Shown piece after piece: positions 52,005-64,000 of a stretch of 64,000 bases of DNA. Both the position numbers and the translations under genes were made by a program. The notes below the pieces were generated by a model, which was given only the letters and a program-made list of their open reading frames with translations, did not search any database and was not told where the DNA came from. The stretch is from Eledone cirrhosa (Eukaryota): the NCBI GenBank assembly GCA_964016885.1, contig OZ024742.1, positions 48,174,001 through 48,238,000 on the forward strand, in the 5' to 3' direction. Position 1 is the stretch's first letter, and the number at the start of each line of letters is the position of its first letter.

Positions 52005-52967
52005 ACATATATATATATATATATATATAATGTCTCACATAATGGACATTAGTTGTTCAACACAGTGAAATATATTTTATTTCAAAAGAAAGAAATAGAT
52101 TGACGGCGAAATTTCATAAAACCGCGCTATTCAACAGACAAATATGATGGTAATAAAGTAATTGTCCCTGCCGAACATTATGAATGTTTACAGATGAAAG
52201 TGAGAGTGGGGGAGATAGTATAGTGTTGGCAAACAGTCAGCTAGTATAATAGACTTACCGACAAACGGTGCAAGATACTTTGGCATAGAAAGTTTTTAAG
52301 GTAGATAGAGAAAGAGAAAAATAACATCATGAGACACAGGATCAGGAAGCAGATGCTGGTTACGATCAAAAGATGTTTTTCTTTAAAGAAGAGCTATTTG
52401 CTTCGAAAACCTGATTACCGAAGACAAATTTTGAAACTAATTCGACATTGGAATGTTTTCTAATATGGCCAGGCAATATCTAACGTGCAGTAAAAGACTT
52501 ATTCAAGTGGTGTATCTATTTACAAAATATGGGAGTGATAATCCGGCTTCTTTATTGAGTGAAAATGCAATTTTAACTTCGAAATAAAATAATGAAAAAG
52601 CTTTGATGTTTATTCTTATGAATAAATTACACAGACTTGAATATGAAGGTGCCATTTCATGTGTCTACTTGCGCATACATACGAATAGGAGCACACAAAT
52701 GTATCTGTACACAAACGAAGACACGCACACACACACACACACACATATGTATATAATTGTATATGTATGTATATATCTATATATATATATATATAAAGAA
52801 TTAATATATCTACCGACATATGTATACAGATGCATACCTACGCTAGCAGATGTATATGTTTTCTCTTAGTAACTTTGTAGTTCTATGCAGGGGAATGCAG
52901 AACAATTATATAAAATACGTAAATAAGAAAGTTATGAAAATTGACTTACTTACTAAAATTTCATTTC

Positions 52968-53046
52968 ACTCTAACTAATTAGTTTCTGTAAGGGGATAAA
53001 TACAGTAATGTAATACCTGTAGAGAAGCCTTACGTCATCAGAGAGT
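52968..53046 (-). ncRNA. Type I hammerhead ribozyme (family C)
   Basis: Minus strand: ACTCT-CTGATGA-C-GTAAGG...CCTTAC-A-GAAAC-TAATTA-GTT-AGAGT. Confidence 0.85.
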
Positions 53047-53547
53047 CTATTCTCAGCTAAGCCACCAGGCAATGCGGGGACACTGGAAGCTTATATAACA
53101 ATAATTCAGTGGAAGGAAAAAAGCAAAAAAATCGAGCGGGGCTAGATTCTAAGCACTGAAAAATTCGCTGCCTCCTTGGTCAAGTGGCAAATTCAAAAGA
53201 ACTAATCCCGTGACACTAAGGTTAACCAGCTTGGAGTGGGGGTGCTATTAAGACAGAGCCTAGCCACTACTATCAGTCACAGTAGTAATTTGGCAAATTT
53301 TGCTCAACAAATAATTTGGAGTAGAATATAAAGTATTAATATATCTACCGACATATGTATACAGATGCATACCTACGCTAGCAGATATATATGTTTTGTC
53401 TTAGTAACTTTGTAGTTCTATGCAGGGGAATGCAGAACAATTATATGAAAGACGTAAATAAGAAAGTTATGAAAATTGACTCCACTGAATTATTGTTATA
53501 TAAGCTTCCAGTGTCCCCGCATTGCCTGATGGCTTAGCTGAGAATAG

Positions 53548-53625
53548 ACTCTCTGATGACGTAAGGCTTCTCTACAGGTATTACATAACTGTATTTATCC
53601 CTTACAGAAACTAATTATTTGGAGT
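53548..53625 (+). ncRNA. Hammerhead ribozyme (family C) with a stem III mutation
   Basis: ACTCT-CTGATGA...GAAAC-TAATTA-TTT-GGAGT (G to T before the cleavage site). Confidence 0.7.
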
Positions 53626-53670
53626 GAAATTTTAGTAAGTAAGTCAATTTTCATAACTTTCTTATTTACG

Positions 53671-53716
<46 letters not shown>

Positions 53717-53846
53717 CGAAGGAAATGTGGTAAGGAACCAGGGGGACCATAACGCACCAAAGTACTCAATACTTAGGGTAGTAGAGTGGGTAACATAAAG
53801 TTATTGGACCATTTTACACAACCAAAAATGCACTTTACTATATAAC

Positions 53847-53892
<46 letters not shown>

Positions 53893-53895
<3 letters not shown>

Positions 53896-54337
53896 AAAGA
53901 TTTATTTAAAATTGTTGGGTTACAACGAGTAAATATTTTATAACTGATATAAAAGCACTCAACAGTTTTTGGAGTAGGTTTACGATATTAAACAAATGGA
54001 AACTATATTTATAAAACCATATTTATTTCGTTATATATATTTCTGGGATGTCATATTAAAAATATGGTATGCCTTCCTCAGACAAAATACAATATATAAG
54101 CTGTTTTATAAATAATTTTGACATACCTTAGAATAATGCAACTTCCATTTAAAAAGTTGTTCAACTTTTTAAATGGAAGTTGCATTATTCTAAGGTATGT
54201 CAAAATTATTTATAAAACAGCTAATATATTGTATTTTGTCTGAGGAAGGCATACCATATTTTTAATATGATATCCCAGAAATATATATAACGAAATAAAT
54301 ATGGTTTTATAAATATAGTTTCCATTTGTTTAATATC

Positions 54338-54340
<3 letters not shown>
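53893..54340. mobile_element. Fold-back hammerhead element, family H, copy 1
   Basis: Arms 53981-54159 and 54162-54340 with a 2-nt loop. Hammerheads at 54024-54089 (-) and 54232-54297 (+). Confidence 0.85.
54232..54297 (+). ncRNA. Type I hammerhead ribozyme (family H)
   Basis: TATTTTGT-CTGAGGA-..CATATT-TTT-AATATG..-GAAA-TATATAT-A-ACGAAATA. Confidence 0.75.
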
Positions 54341-54367
<27 letters not shown>

Positions 54368-54369
<2 letters not shown>

Positions 54370-54510
54370 CGAAGGAATTGTGGTAAGAAACCAGATGGTC
54401 CGTAACGCACCAAAGTACTCAACACTTAGGGTATTAGAGTGGGTAATAGGAACAAGTATGACCCCGACGACAGAGCTCAAGCCGTTACGACGGCTATTTC
54501 TGGACTAAAT
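54368..54510. repeat. (TA)n-associated ~140-bp module; other copies at 53715-53793 and 56009-56243
   Basis: AACGAAGGAA(A/T)TGTGGTAAG..CACCAAAGTACTCAA.ACTTAGGGTA is shared. The 56009-56243 copy is a fold-back. Confidence 0.75.
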
Positions 54511-55102
54511 AAGAATGTTTAGCCAGGTAAATAAATAGCCAAACTTCTCAAGGGGAATTTCTTTATATGGGACGATAGTAATTGTCAAGATGATTGGTTA
54601 ACATTTGTTATAAAGACAGATAAATCTATCATGGCATTTGATGGGAGGTAGGGGTGGCTGAACTTGCCAGCAAGTTCAGCCACCCCTACCTTTAAGTAAA
54701 ATCCCACTTTTACTTATAGGTAACATGTTAAATAGTTAAACCTGACTTCGATAATTATAATTTACCTCCACTACATTGTCTCTCACTTAAACTCATTAGC
54801 ACTTCTTAGCGATAAACCAGCTACAATTTCTAATTTCTCGAGGAGTTACTTCCCCTGAAACCAGCCTCTAATTAGTTAGGTAAATATGTCCTTAGGCGGC
54901 CATCTTGTTACTAATAGGCAGATCTCGCATAATGCAGCCTCGACAGAAGAATATTGCTCGCCTATAGCGGCCAATAGATAGACCCAGGACACCATAGTGA
55001 AATACCAATATATGGAACATTACATTCATGTAAACATCTTTCTTTACTTTATATTCTTTATTCCATCGTACCTTTATCAATATTTTCATTATCTGTTTTG
55101 AT

Positions 55103-55221
55103 GTTCCGATGAACTGCTTCATATTTACCTAAGTTAATTATCTTCATCTGAACCAGATCAATAATGATCTATAATCATTTGATCCAGAAACCTGATATGG
55201 AGTAGCGAAACAATTGTAAAC
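55103..55221 (+). ncRNA. Hammerhead ribozyme with a core point mutation and long stem II
   Basis: GTT-CCGATGA-ACTGCTTCATAT...ATATGGAGTAGC-GAAAC-AATT-GTA-AAC. Palindromic ACAATTGT stem III. Confidence 0.6.
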
Positions 55222-55506
55222 GGACATTATTATTATTATTATTATTCCTTACATTAAACTACAACTATGTTGACAATCTTTAAATAATGCCTTCCTTGTG
55301 AAATTTGTGGTCTTGTTTTGCTTAACTAATGAATATTTCCAGCTCTGAGCACCTAACCTCTGCATGAACCCAGTCACCTAGATGCCTTCCACTGCAAATT
55401 GCATATTGAGCACATGCCTTTACGTTTTTGGCTTCTAACTGATTCACCAATCTCTCTTCTCCTGTCCTATCTCCTTCTCCCTCTTTAAGATTGGTTTACA
55501 CTTGAA

Positions 55507-55571
<65 letters not shown>

Positions 55572-55575
<4 letters not shown>

Positions 55576-55977
55576 AAAGTTCTATTTAAATTGTTGGGAT
55601 ACAACAAGCAAATATTTTTATAACTGATATAAAGCACTCGACAAGTATTTGGAGTAAATATACGATATTAACAAATGGAAACTATATTTATAAAACCATA
55701 TCTATTTTATTATACATATTTCAAGGATACCATGTTAACTTATGGTATGCTTTCATCAGACAAAATACAATATATACCAGTTTTATAAATAACTATCCTT
55801 GATGTCTTCCAAAAGTAACGGTTGCATTTTGAAAGGGTACGTCAATATTTATTTATAAAACTGGTATATATTGTATTTTGTCTGATGAAAGCATACCATA
55901 ATTTAACATGGTATCCTTGAAATATGTATAATAAAATATATATGGTTTTATAAAAATAGTTTCCATTTGTTAATATC

Positions 55978-55980
<3 letters not shown>
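55572..55980. mobile_element. Fold-back hammerhead element, family H, copy 2
   Basis: Arms about 55661-55791 and 55849-55980. Hammerheads at 55703-55767 (-) and 55874-55938 (+). Confidence 0.85.
55874..55938 (+). ncRNA. Type I hammerhead ribozyme (family H)
   Basis: TATTTTGT-CTGATGA-AAGCATACCAT...ATGGTATCCTT-GAAA-TATGTAT-A-ATAAAATA. Confidence 0.8.
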
Positions 55981-56012
<32 letters not shown>

Positions 56013-56242
56013 AACGAGTAGGACCCCGACGGCTGAGCTCAAGCCGTTTCGACGGATAATTCTGGACGAAAAAAAAAAATTATAAATAATCATTTTTTTT
56101 TAGTCCAGAATTAGCCGTCGGAACGGCTTGAGCTCAGCCGTCGGGGGGGTCCTACTCGTTCCTATTACCCACTCTACTACCCTAAGTATTGAGTACTTTG
56201 GTGCGTTATGGTCCACCTGGTTCCTTACCACATTTTCTTCGT

Positions 56243-56298
<56 letters not shown>

Positions 56299-56335
56299 AA
56301 TACACACATCATACATATATACAAACACACACACT

Positions 56336-56406
<71 letters not shown>

Positions 56407-56465
56407 CAAGGCTCTGATACCATCAACACTATAAACACAGAGCTGGCATATCTAAGAACTGACTA

Positions 56466-56521
56466 ACTGCCTCATGAGGTCATAGCCATTCAATGGCTAT
56501 CATCGAAATATATATAGCAGT
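56466..56521 (+). ncRNA. Family D-like hammerhead with a core mutation (CTCATGA)
   Basis: ACTGC-CTCATGA-GGTCATAGCCAT-TCA-ATGGCTATCATC-GAAA-TATATAT-A-GCAGT, between (TA)n tracts. Confidence 0.7.
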
Positions 56522-56562
56522 AAATAAAGGATTATGAGTTCATGCAATTGACTTATTTTTCG

Positions 56563-56650
<88 letters not shown>

Positions 56651-56905
56651 TATTCTACTACTGATGAACTACATAATTTTGCTTTCCTTCTTACAAATAT
56701 CATTTCCTAAAACTGATACCATTAAGTAAACATATAATGCTTTAACTTCAGTTAATGACTCTATATTCCTTGAAAACTATATATATTTACTATTTCTCAC
56801 TAATAATTTTAATCCCCCCCCCCACAATAATTATATGTATATATAAGTGTATATGTGTGTGTATATATATGTGTATGTATGTATATATGCATGTATATAT
56901 CTATG

Positions 56906-56971
<66 letters not shown>

Positions 56972-57039
56972 TGTGTGTGTATATATATGTATGTATATAT
57001 ATATATATATATGTGTATGTGTGTGTGTGTATGTGTATA

Positions 57040-57124
<85 letters not shown>

Positions 57125-57431
57125 ATGTGTATATATATGTATATGTGTAGGAGTATATATATATATATATATTATTTTTATATTCTTTTAATTTCCCCTC
57201 ATCTTTAACAGCACTTTTCAACTGCATCTAAATCTTATTTATCATATCTATATGTATTAGTATAATTTTATCAATATAAATATACCCATCAATTAAATTA
57301 ATTTATATTCTTTTCATAGGTGTATTTTTTTCACTAACATTATTATCTTAAAACTTTAGTCACCTTAGATATTTGTATTGGCATTACTATTTTATAACAA
57401 CAACTGCTTGTATACCTTTTACTGACCACCT

Positions 57432-57830
57432 GACCTATTTTCCCCCCTAAAATAAGCTTCAATTACTACTATTTTACCATTTGGCCAATTATTAACTTTC
57501 TATTGGTTAATTCTAAACCTCTTACCAAACAGACAGAATATATTAGATCTTTGTTGGTTTTATTCAATGAATTAATAACATTATTTCTGAGGTCAGCATA
57601 AGACCTATTTCTTCCCTAAAATAATCCTTCATTCATAATATTCTTTTCCATCCAAAACTGAAATCTACCTTCCTCTACCCATAATTTAAGGTTCTTCTAC
57701 TACTATATTACTATCCTGACCCTCACTATCTCTCTATTGGTCAATTCAAAACCTGTTCCCAAACAGACCTATTGTATTGAATCTTTGTTTTTTTCAATAA
57801 ACAAATATCATTATTTCTGAAGACAGCATA
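57432..57830. repeat. Degenerate tandem duplication (units about 170 and 230 bp)
   Basis: GACCTATTT..CCCTAAAATAA and CATTATTTCTGA.G.CAGCATA each occur twice. Confidence 0.7.
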
Positions 57831-59170
57831 TATATGTGTAGGTATGTATATTCCCTCTGATAGTTTGTATAAATATTGTACATAGATCTATAGAATATGC
57901 ATACCAACTCTAACACATATATATCCTAGAAACGATCGTAAAATGATGAATTTTTTTAATATAAGGAACTGGTTCTTTGTTTATTCATTATTTTATTAAT
58001 TTATATATATATATATATAGCGGTGAAAGTGTATAGCATCACTAGTATATTCTTGAAAGATCGGCACGCATATACCAAATGGGAAAGCCGCTCCTAATTA
58101 TACAACTTTATGGTCGTTTCTTATGAGTCAAATCAGGTTCCTTACTATGTGATGTATCAATTCGGAAACTAAACAACTAAGTTAGTTATACATTTGATGG
58201 TTCGATGCTGCTGAGTATTCATATGGAATTTATACATCTGTATGTGAGTGGTAGTCTATAATTACGCGAATCACTAGGCTCGGTGTGTTCAAATAGATAC
58301 GAATTCACAACAATTTTTGTTGCAGTGTGTATCAAGTTATCATTTTCTGCACCGACAGTTCACTGTCTCTCTCTCTCACTCTCTGTCATCCTCTCTCTCC
58401 CTCACACACTCTTCCTCATTTTCTCTCTCACTCTTTCTCTATCTTTCCCTCTCTCTCTCTCACGGTATTCTAAAACAATGTCAACAATATTATCAACGAA
58501 TCCTCCTCTACGTTACACTAGGTGTGTTACTGTGAAATGAACATTATTCCGTCAACCTTCTATTTTTTGTTTAAATTCCTCCCGGAATGAATATTGTGTA
58601 GTCATAGATAATTAGAACATCAGAGATTATGAACATCCTAGATTCGTGATGAGCTTATTTAGTTGACTATACACTTCCATTACTTGTTATTCTTTGACAA
58701 TAAAAGAAATTGCTGAATATAGAAATATTCGAATTCGTCAAAAATACTCTTAACATTTTGATGGTTAGATGTACCACATCTAAGCATCAAAACCAAAATA
58801 TTTGAAAACTCTAATTGCATTGTGAACCATCATTAGAAGTTTTGAGTATTTAAAATTTCCTATTTTATTATATTATAAGTACAAAAAAAGATCAAGATAT
58901 GTATATGAGAAAGAAACATATGTAACGACGCTCTATCTACGTTACGGCATAGATAAAACAGGTGCTGTATTCATTGTACTAAAAGGTATTAGGTTGATAT
59001 TCGAAATTTACAATTTCCTGCTTAGTGAATGAACAATACAGGAGACAGTTTACATGTCTGGTAAGTTTTCATTCTTGTATTGACTATAAATCATCGTGAT
59101 TTTTGCTGTATAAGTATGAATTTATATATGTCTACATGTATGTATATATACTGTATATAAATATGAATTC

Positions 59171-59256
<86 letters not shown>

Positions 59257-60622
59257 AATAGGAATATAAAAAAAAAAACAACGCAGGAATATATATATAC
59301 GCATATATAATTATATAATGTGTGAGTGTTTGTGTGTGTATGTATGTATATGTATTATATATGTATTTACGTATGTATGTAGCGGGTCCGAAACGTCAAC
59401 TGCGTGCACATGATTGTGCAACGTTCAGTGAATTGATGGCACTCTTTTGATAAAAAGTAGGAAGCAACAACATGTATGCATAAAAATGTATACGTGTATG
59501 TATTTAACTAACTCCGTCATTTTCTTACTTTGGACACAAGTATATATACATTAAACTAAAGCCAAACACGAACCCAGCAAACGTAAGGTGTACAAATACA
59601 ACCGAATTCACAACCCTTCTCTTGACGCTTGAACGTTCTTGCCAAATCACCGCCGTCATATGAATGCAAGAAAATTGTAGAAACTATTTTATGGATGTCT
59701 AACGGTAATTCTCAATGTCGCCAGCTATACTTTTTATACCTTGTTATTAAACAAATGCAATGATGCACAGTGATATATAACTTATATAGGACATCAAAGC
59801 AGGGAAAGACCCTGAACAGTGGTTCTAGAATATCTAGTAATATTCGGACTATTTGTTTCTAATATAAACAGAAAGGAGGACGGCAAAGTTCATCCGAGGA
59901 CAAATCCCGCCGATGCCAACTTCCTTTTTTATCCTTCTTGGGTTGATAATTAAGAGTACCAATCCCGTACACGGGTAGAATTAATCGATTTCGCTCTACA
60001 TTACAACATTATTGTCCGTATGCTTAAATTTGAAGGAAATATATAGTCTATTTCCTTCATAAGAAACACTACATAAAGAGGAAAAGAATCATTCAATATT
60101 ATAAACATGAATGCACACTGACTGAGGAACGGGATGGTCATAGCATGAATGCCTTTAATCATAAGTATTCTCAATCAGGGTTGACATGATAGTAAAGACA
60201 AACAACTTACATAACATTTTACGTCCATACATATTGATATTGGTGCTATAGCCACGAAATCTTACGATAAACATCCATTATGATGGCAACAGTTAGCTGT
60301 TTATTTGTTTATTTAGGTATTTATTTATTTATTTCGCAACACCATCACCATGGTATGACGTTCCCCGGCTGTTTCTTGTCACAATTGAATATCATGACTC
60401 TATTATTGTCTTTTGTTCCCAAACATAGTCGTCAATAGTTTGGTATATCATGAACTAATATCAAATTTTGAACACGATATTTCCTGTATATATTTTGAAT
60501 TATTTAGTAATCGAACTTCCTGCTGTAACTGTTATACTCAATTATGATTAAAAGTGTAATGCATAAGTTGTTTTAGTACGTGTGTGTACGGATGAGTGTA
60601 AGTCTTTTGTACATATGTATGC

Positions 60623-60663
<41 letters not shown>

Positions 60664-60711
60664 TGTGTGTGTGTGTGGGGGGTGGGGTGCTATTAGTATA
60701 TGTTTATGCGC

Positions 60712-60759
<48 letters not shown>

Positions 60760-61176
60760 CTATGTATGTGTACGCATGTTTATATATTTATCAATATATA
60801 TGTTAGGAATCTTACGGTTAAATATACCAGCTGCGGCAGCAAGTAGAATATCTGTATTTTGCTGTGTTTATGGGAGGTGTAACGTTATTTTAATGACTGA
60901 CGGAATGAATTTCAAGGGCTTTATAGTAATGATTTCAATGGTACACCACAGAAGATGGAACACTTAACAACTTAATATATGCGAATGAAGTTAAACACGT
61001 TAGAAATGAAGAATTGAGCAGTAAACTTCGGTCCCAAGTTCAATTACAACAGATTATATATAAAAGGAAATAAATTTAAATAAAAGTCTCCTCAATATAA
61101 ACGTTTAAAGTAAAACATAGTTGAGTTTTTAACGTGACATGTTTGATAAAAAATTCGTCGTATTCACACAAATAAA

Positions 61177-61289
<113 letters not shown>

Positions 61290-61899
61290 GTGTGTGTATG
61301 TGTGTATGTATGTATAAATAAATACATCTCTACATATGTATATATATATAAATATACATATAAATATATACATATATATATTTGTGTGTGCGTTTGTGTG
61401 TGTGTGTGTTTGTGTGTGTGTTTGTGTGTATGTGTGTTCGTGTGTGTGTGTGCGTTTGTGTGTGTGTGTCTGTGTTTGTGTGTATGTGTGTTTGGTTGTC
61501 TATACATGCCTGTGTATGCGGGCGTTTTGAATTCTGTCTTGATGCATAACGAATAATAATATAGGCATTAGAGACCTAGAAATCTGTGGAACACTTTTAT
61601 AGACTAACCTCGTCTAGGTGAAGCTGCAGTTCATTAAACGTAATCCGCATCAAAATATTAATAGATTTGAAGAGTTAACCATATGTTTTAAATTCAAGGT
61701 ATCGTATGTGACATCATAGGAAGGTTTACAGCTGATAATTATATGGAGCAAACATAGATACAGCAACTTTATTAACTAAATATAATTTCGTTCTAATGTT
61801 TAATGAGTAAAATTGTGATTTATGTTTGCTCTCGTTCTAATATAATGTTTTATGAATTGTTTGTTCGAATACAAATGTGGCAGAATACGTTATTTAGTT

Positions 61900-63270
61900 A
61901 GTAGTAATAGCTACAAAACTAACGAGCGATCATAGATTTCAGAATTTCCTTCCCGAATTTCTCTATGTGTTTGCAAAACGCATGCGTATTCGTAGGGTTG
62001 CTACAGGGACCATTCTGACATATTATTTATCTGTTGTTTCATTCAACTGACGAAAATGATTTCTTCAATCCTTAAATGTCTCCATCGTCTCTATGGTGAC
62101 CTCAATGTTTGGTTGCGGCATATAGCAAGACGTTTTTTTTTAACGGAAGAGACTCTTATTGTCACCTATTCCTTTATCCGTAGATGTAGTCTCTTTATTG
62201 TTCTTCAGGTGTATGAGGAGCTACATTGTCGTGCACATTGTCAAGCACACTTCAGCGATATTGAAGGGGTGACTAGGAAGTGTGCATATATCGCTGCATG
62301 TGGTCTAATATCAGTGGCGCTGTCTCCTGAACAAGGTTCCCGAGTGGGCCAGCCGTATATTCAATCTCTCCCTAAGGATGGCTTTTGTGATGGAAGCTGT
62401 CGTCTTCTAATTGAATTGTGGCAGCTTCAAGTGAGATATTTTATCCAAAGGGGCACGTGTTCTCTTTGTTCATTTACCTTTTGCTGCCTTGAAATTCCAG
62501 TGTTTGATGAGAGAAATAGGGAAGTTGTTTTCGTTGATTATTCTTTGGAATTCCATGGTGCTGGTATGACAGGCGCTACGCTCGCTGAATCCGCTGCGTA
62601 TCCGGCAGATCTCCTTCCGTAAATAGGCCGTTTTAGCTCTGTAGGGAAGGGAATAGTCGTCGTGCATGAAAATCTCTCTGCAGGCATACCTCCTGACGTT
62701 TAGTGTAAAATCGTATAAAAAGATAGATCCACTGTAGTCTTTGTTCAAATTCAAATTTTATGTGTGTCAATGTTTACAAATATGTTTATCTTGACGACTT
62801 CTTCACGTGATGAAATGTGCATTAGGATGTCAACCACGTAGCTGATGAACAAGAAACTAGAACGGCAGGTGGTGTCCACTGTGCGCTCCAAATGGTCCAT
62901 GTACGTGATTGACAGATGTCGAAACCAGGACATTGAGGTCACCATAGAGGTGATTGAAAAAAAGATATGGGAAATTTAAAGATTAGAAAGCCACTTTAAA
63001 TAGCCGATTAAAACCAGAGATAAATAATAGAACAGAAATACCCGAGGCAGAATAATTACTGTAGCGGCCCCGCACATACGCATTCGTTTTGCAAACACAA
63101 CAGTTAGGGGTGAAAAGTTTGAGAACTGTGATCACTCATTTGTTTTCTGTTGGATTGTTTCAGCTTCGCATCTGAAAAGGGGATATTGCCCTGAAATAGT
63201 ATGATTAAATACACAAGGTGAAAAATTATTTTGTTTTGTCTTGCTTCAATTGTCATTATTTTCCCCTTCG
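61900..63270 (-). mobile_element. Decayed Penelope-like element (RT, thumb, C-terminal GIY-YIG) with an inverted pseudo-LTR
   Basis: Minus-strand remnants ITYMDHLE..FISYVVDIL (YVDD-like), IFMH..SLP..K..LRKE..RI..F..I..NNFP, and C..QCSSSYT*RTIKRLHLRIKE. 61966-62040 is an inverted repeat of about 63010-63100. Confidence 0.75.
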
Positions 63271-63348
63271 TAATTTTCTAGCGCAATATGGTGGCTTTTA
63301 AAAATAATTTATCGGCATTTTACTACATATCCGACAATATATATGTAC

Positions 63349-63533
<185 letters not shown>

Positions 63534-64000
63534 AAGATATACATATACCCAAACTAAACATAGTCACAGATATACATATTTTGGCAACCATTTACGATGT
63601 GGCTTAATGAAGAATTAATAAATTATATAATCAGAGCAATATGTCATGGAGTATGTCCATAGAATCATTTGTTAAAATATTTACACCATTTCCTCTCCCA
63701 ATTAGCATAATTAACGACATAAAAATCAATTAAACCAGGCTATAAAATTAAAAGGCTCCTATGAAGAAAAATTTGTTAAATAGACGACACCAGTCTCTTC
63801 GCGGCCGACCGCAATAGAACATCCCCCCCCCCCCAACATTTCAACGGCACGTGGGAATCGACTAAATATAACGTCAACCATACACAATTAGGTAAAATTA
63901 AAGTTAGAAGAAATGCGTACACCCTGTATATATACATATATTAATATATATAAAATTAGAATTAGTGCTCTGAAATAGCGATATATATATGAATGTATAT

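Larger units (their letters stand above)
52795..53680. mobile_element. Retrozyme-like element, family C (diverged relative of family B; ~535-nt unit)
   Basis: Tandem period 535 (TTAATATATCTACCGAC at 52801 and 53336). Inversion at about 53480. (TA)n flanks. Confidence 0.88.

Noticed and set aside
58641-58736. GTGATGA...GAAATATTC hammerhead-like arrangement
   Set aside because: Core is mutated, stem III is too short and there is no element context.
59026-59060. Plus-strand micro-exon ending CTG|gtaagt
   Set aside because: A single good donor site is expected by chance in 64 kb, and there is no other support.
62056-62622. 188-aa plus-strand ORF as a host gene
   Set aside because: It is antisense to the Penelope-like remnants and has no recognisable domain.

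Overview
AT-rich animal genomic DNA packed with (TA)n, (CA)n and (AAT)n microsatellites. The SINE and microsatellite profile suggests a cephalopod such as Octopus (inference). No intact host gene is evident, and most ORFs in the track are microsatellite artefacts. Three layers of retroelements explain most of the structure. (1) A nested cluster at about 25.1-45.6 kb holds five minus-strand Tx1-type LINE copies (one near full length, the others deleted or chimeric) and two plus-strand R4/Dong-type pieces, nearly all bordered by (AAT)n tracts. (2) tRNA-headed SINEs with a Meta-like core are scattered throughout, and their 3' tails resemble the Tx1 3' end. (3) The most notable layer is a set of about 7-8 apparently unrelated families of short non-coding elements inserted in (TA)n tracts, with fold-back and tandem architecture. 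They carry type I hammerhead ribozymes: about 18 motifs read by eye, some degenerate, several with compensatory base changes. A decayed Penelope-like element (RT + GIY-YIG) at about 62-63 kb is a candidate autonomous partner. All structures were folded manually, with no computation or database search.
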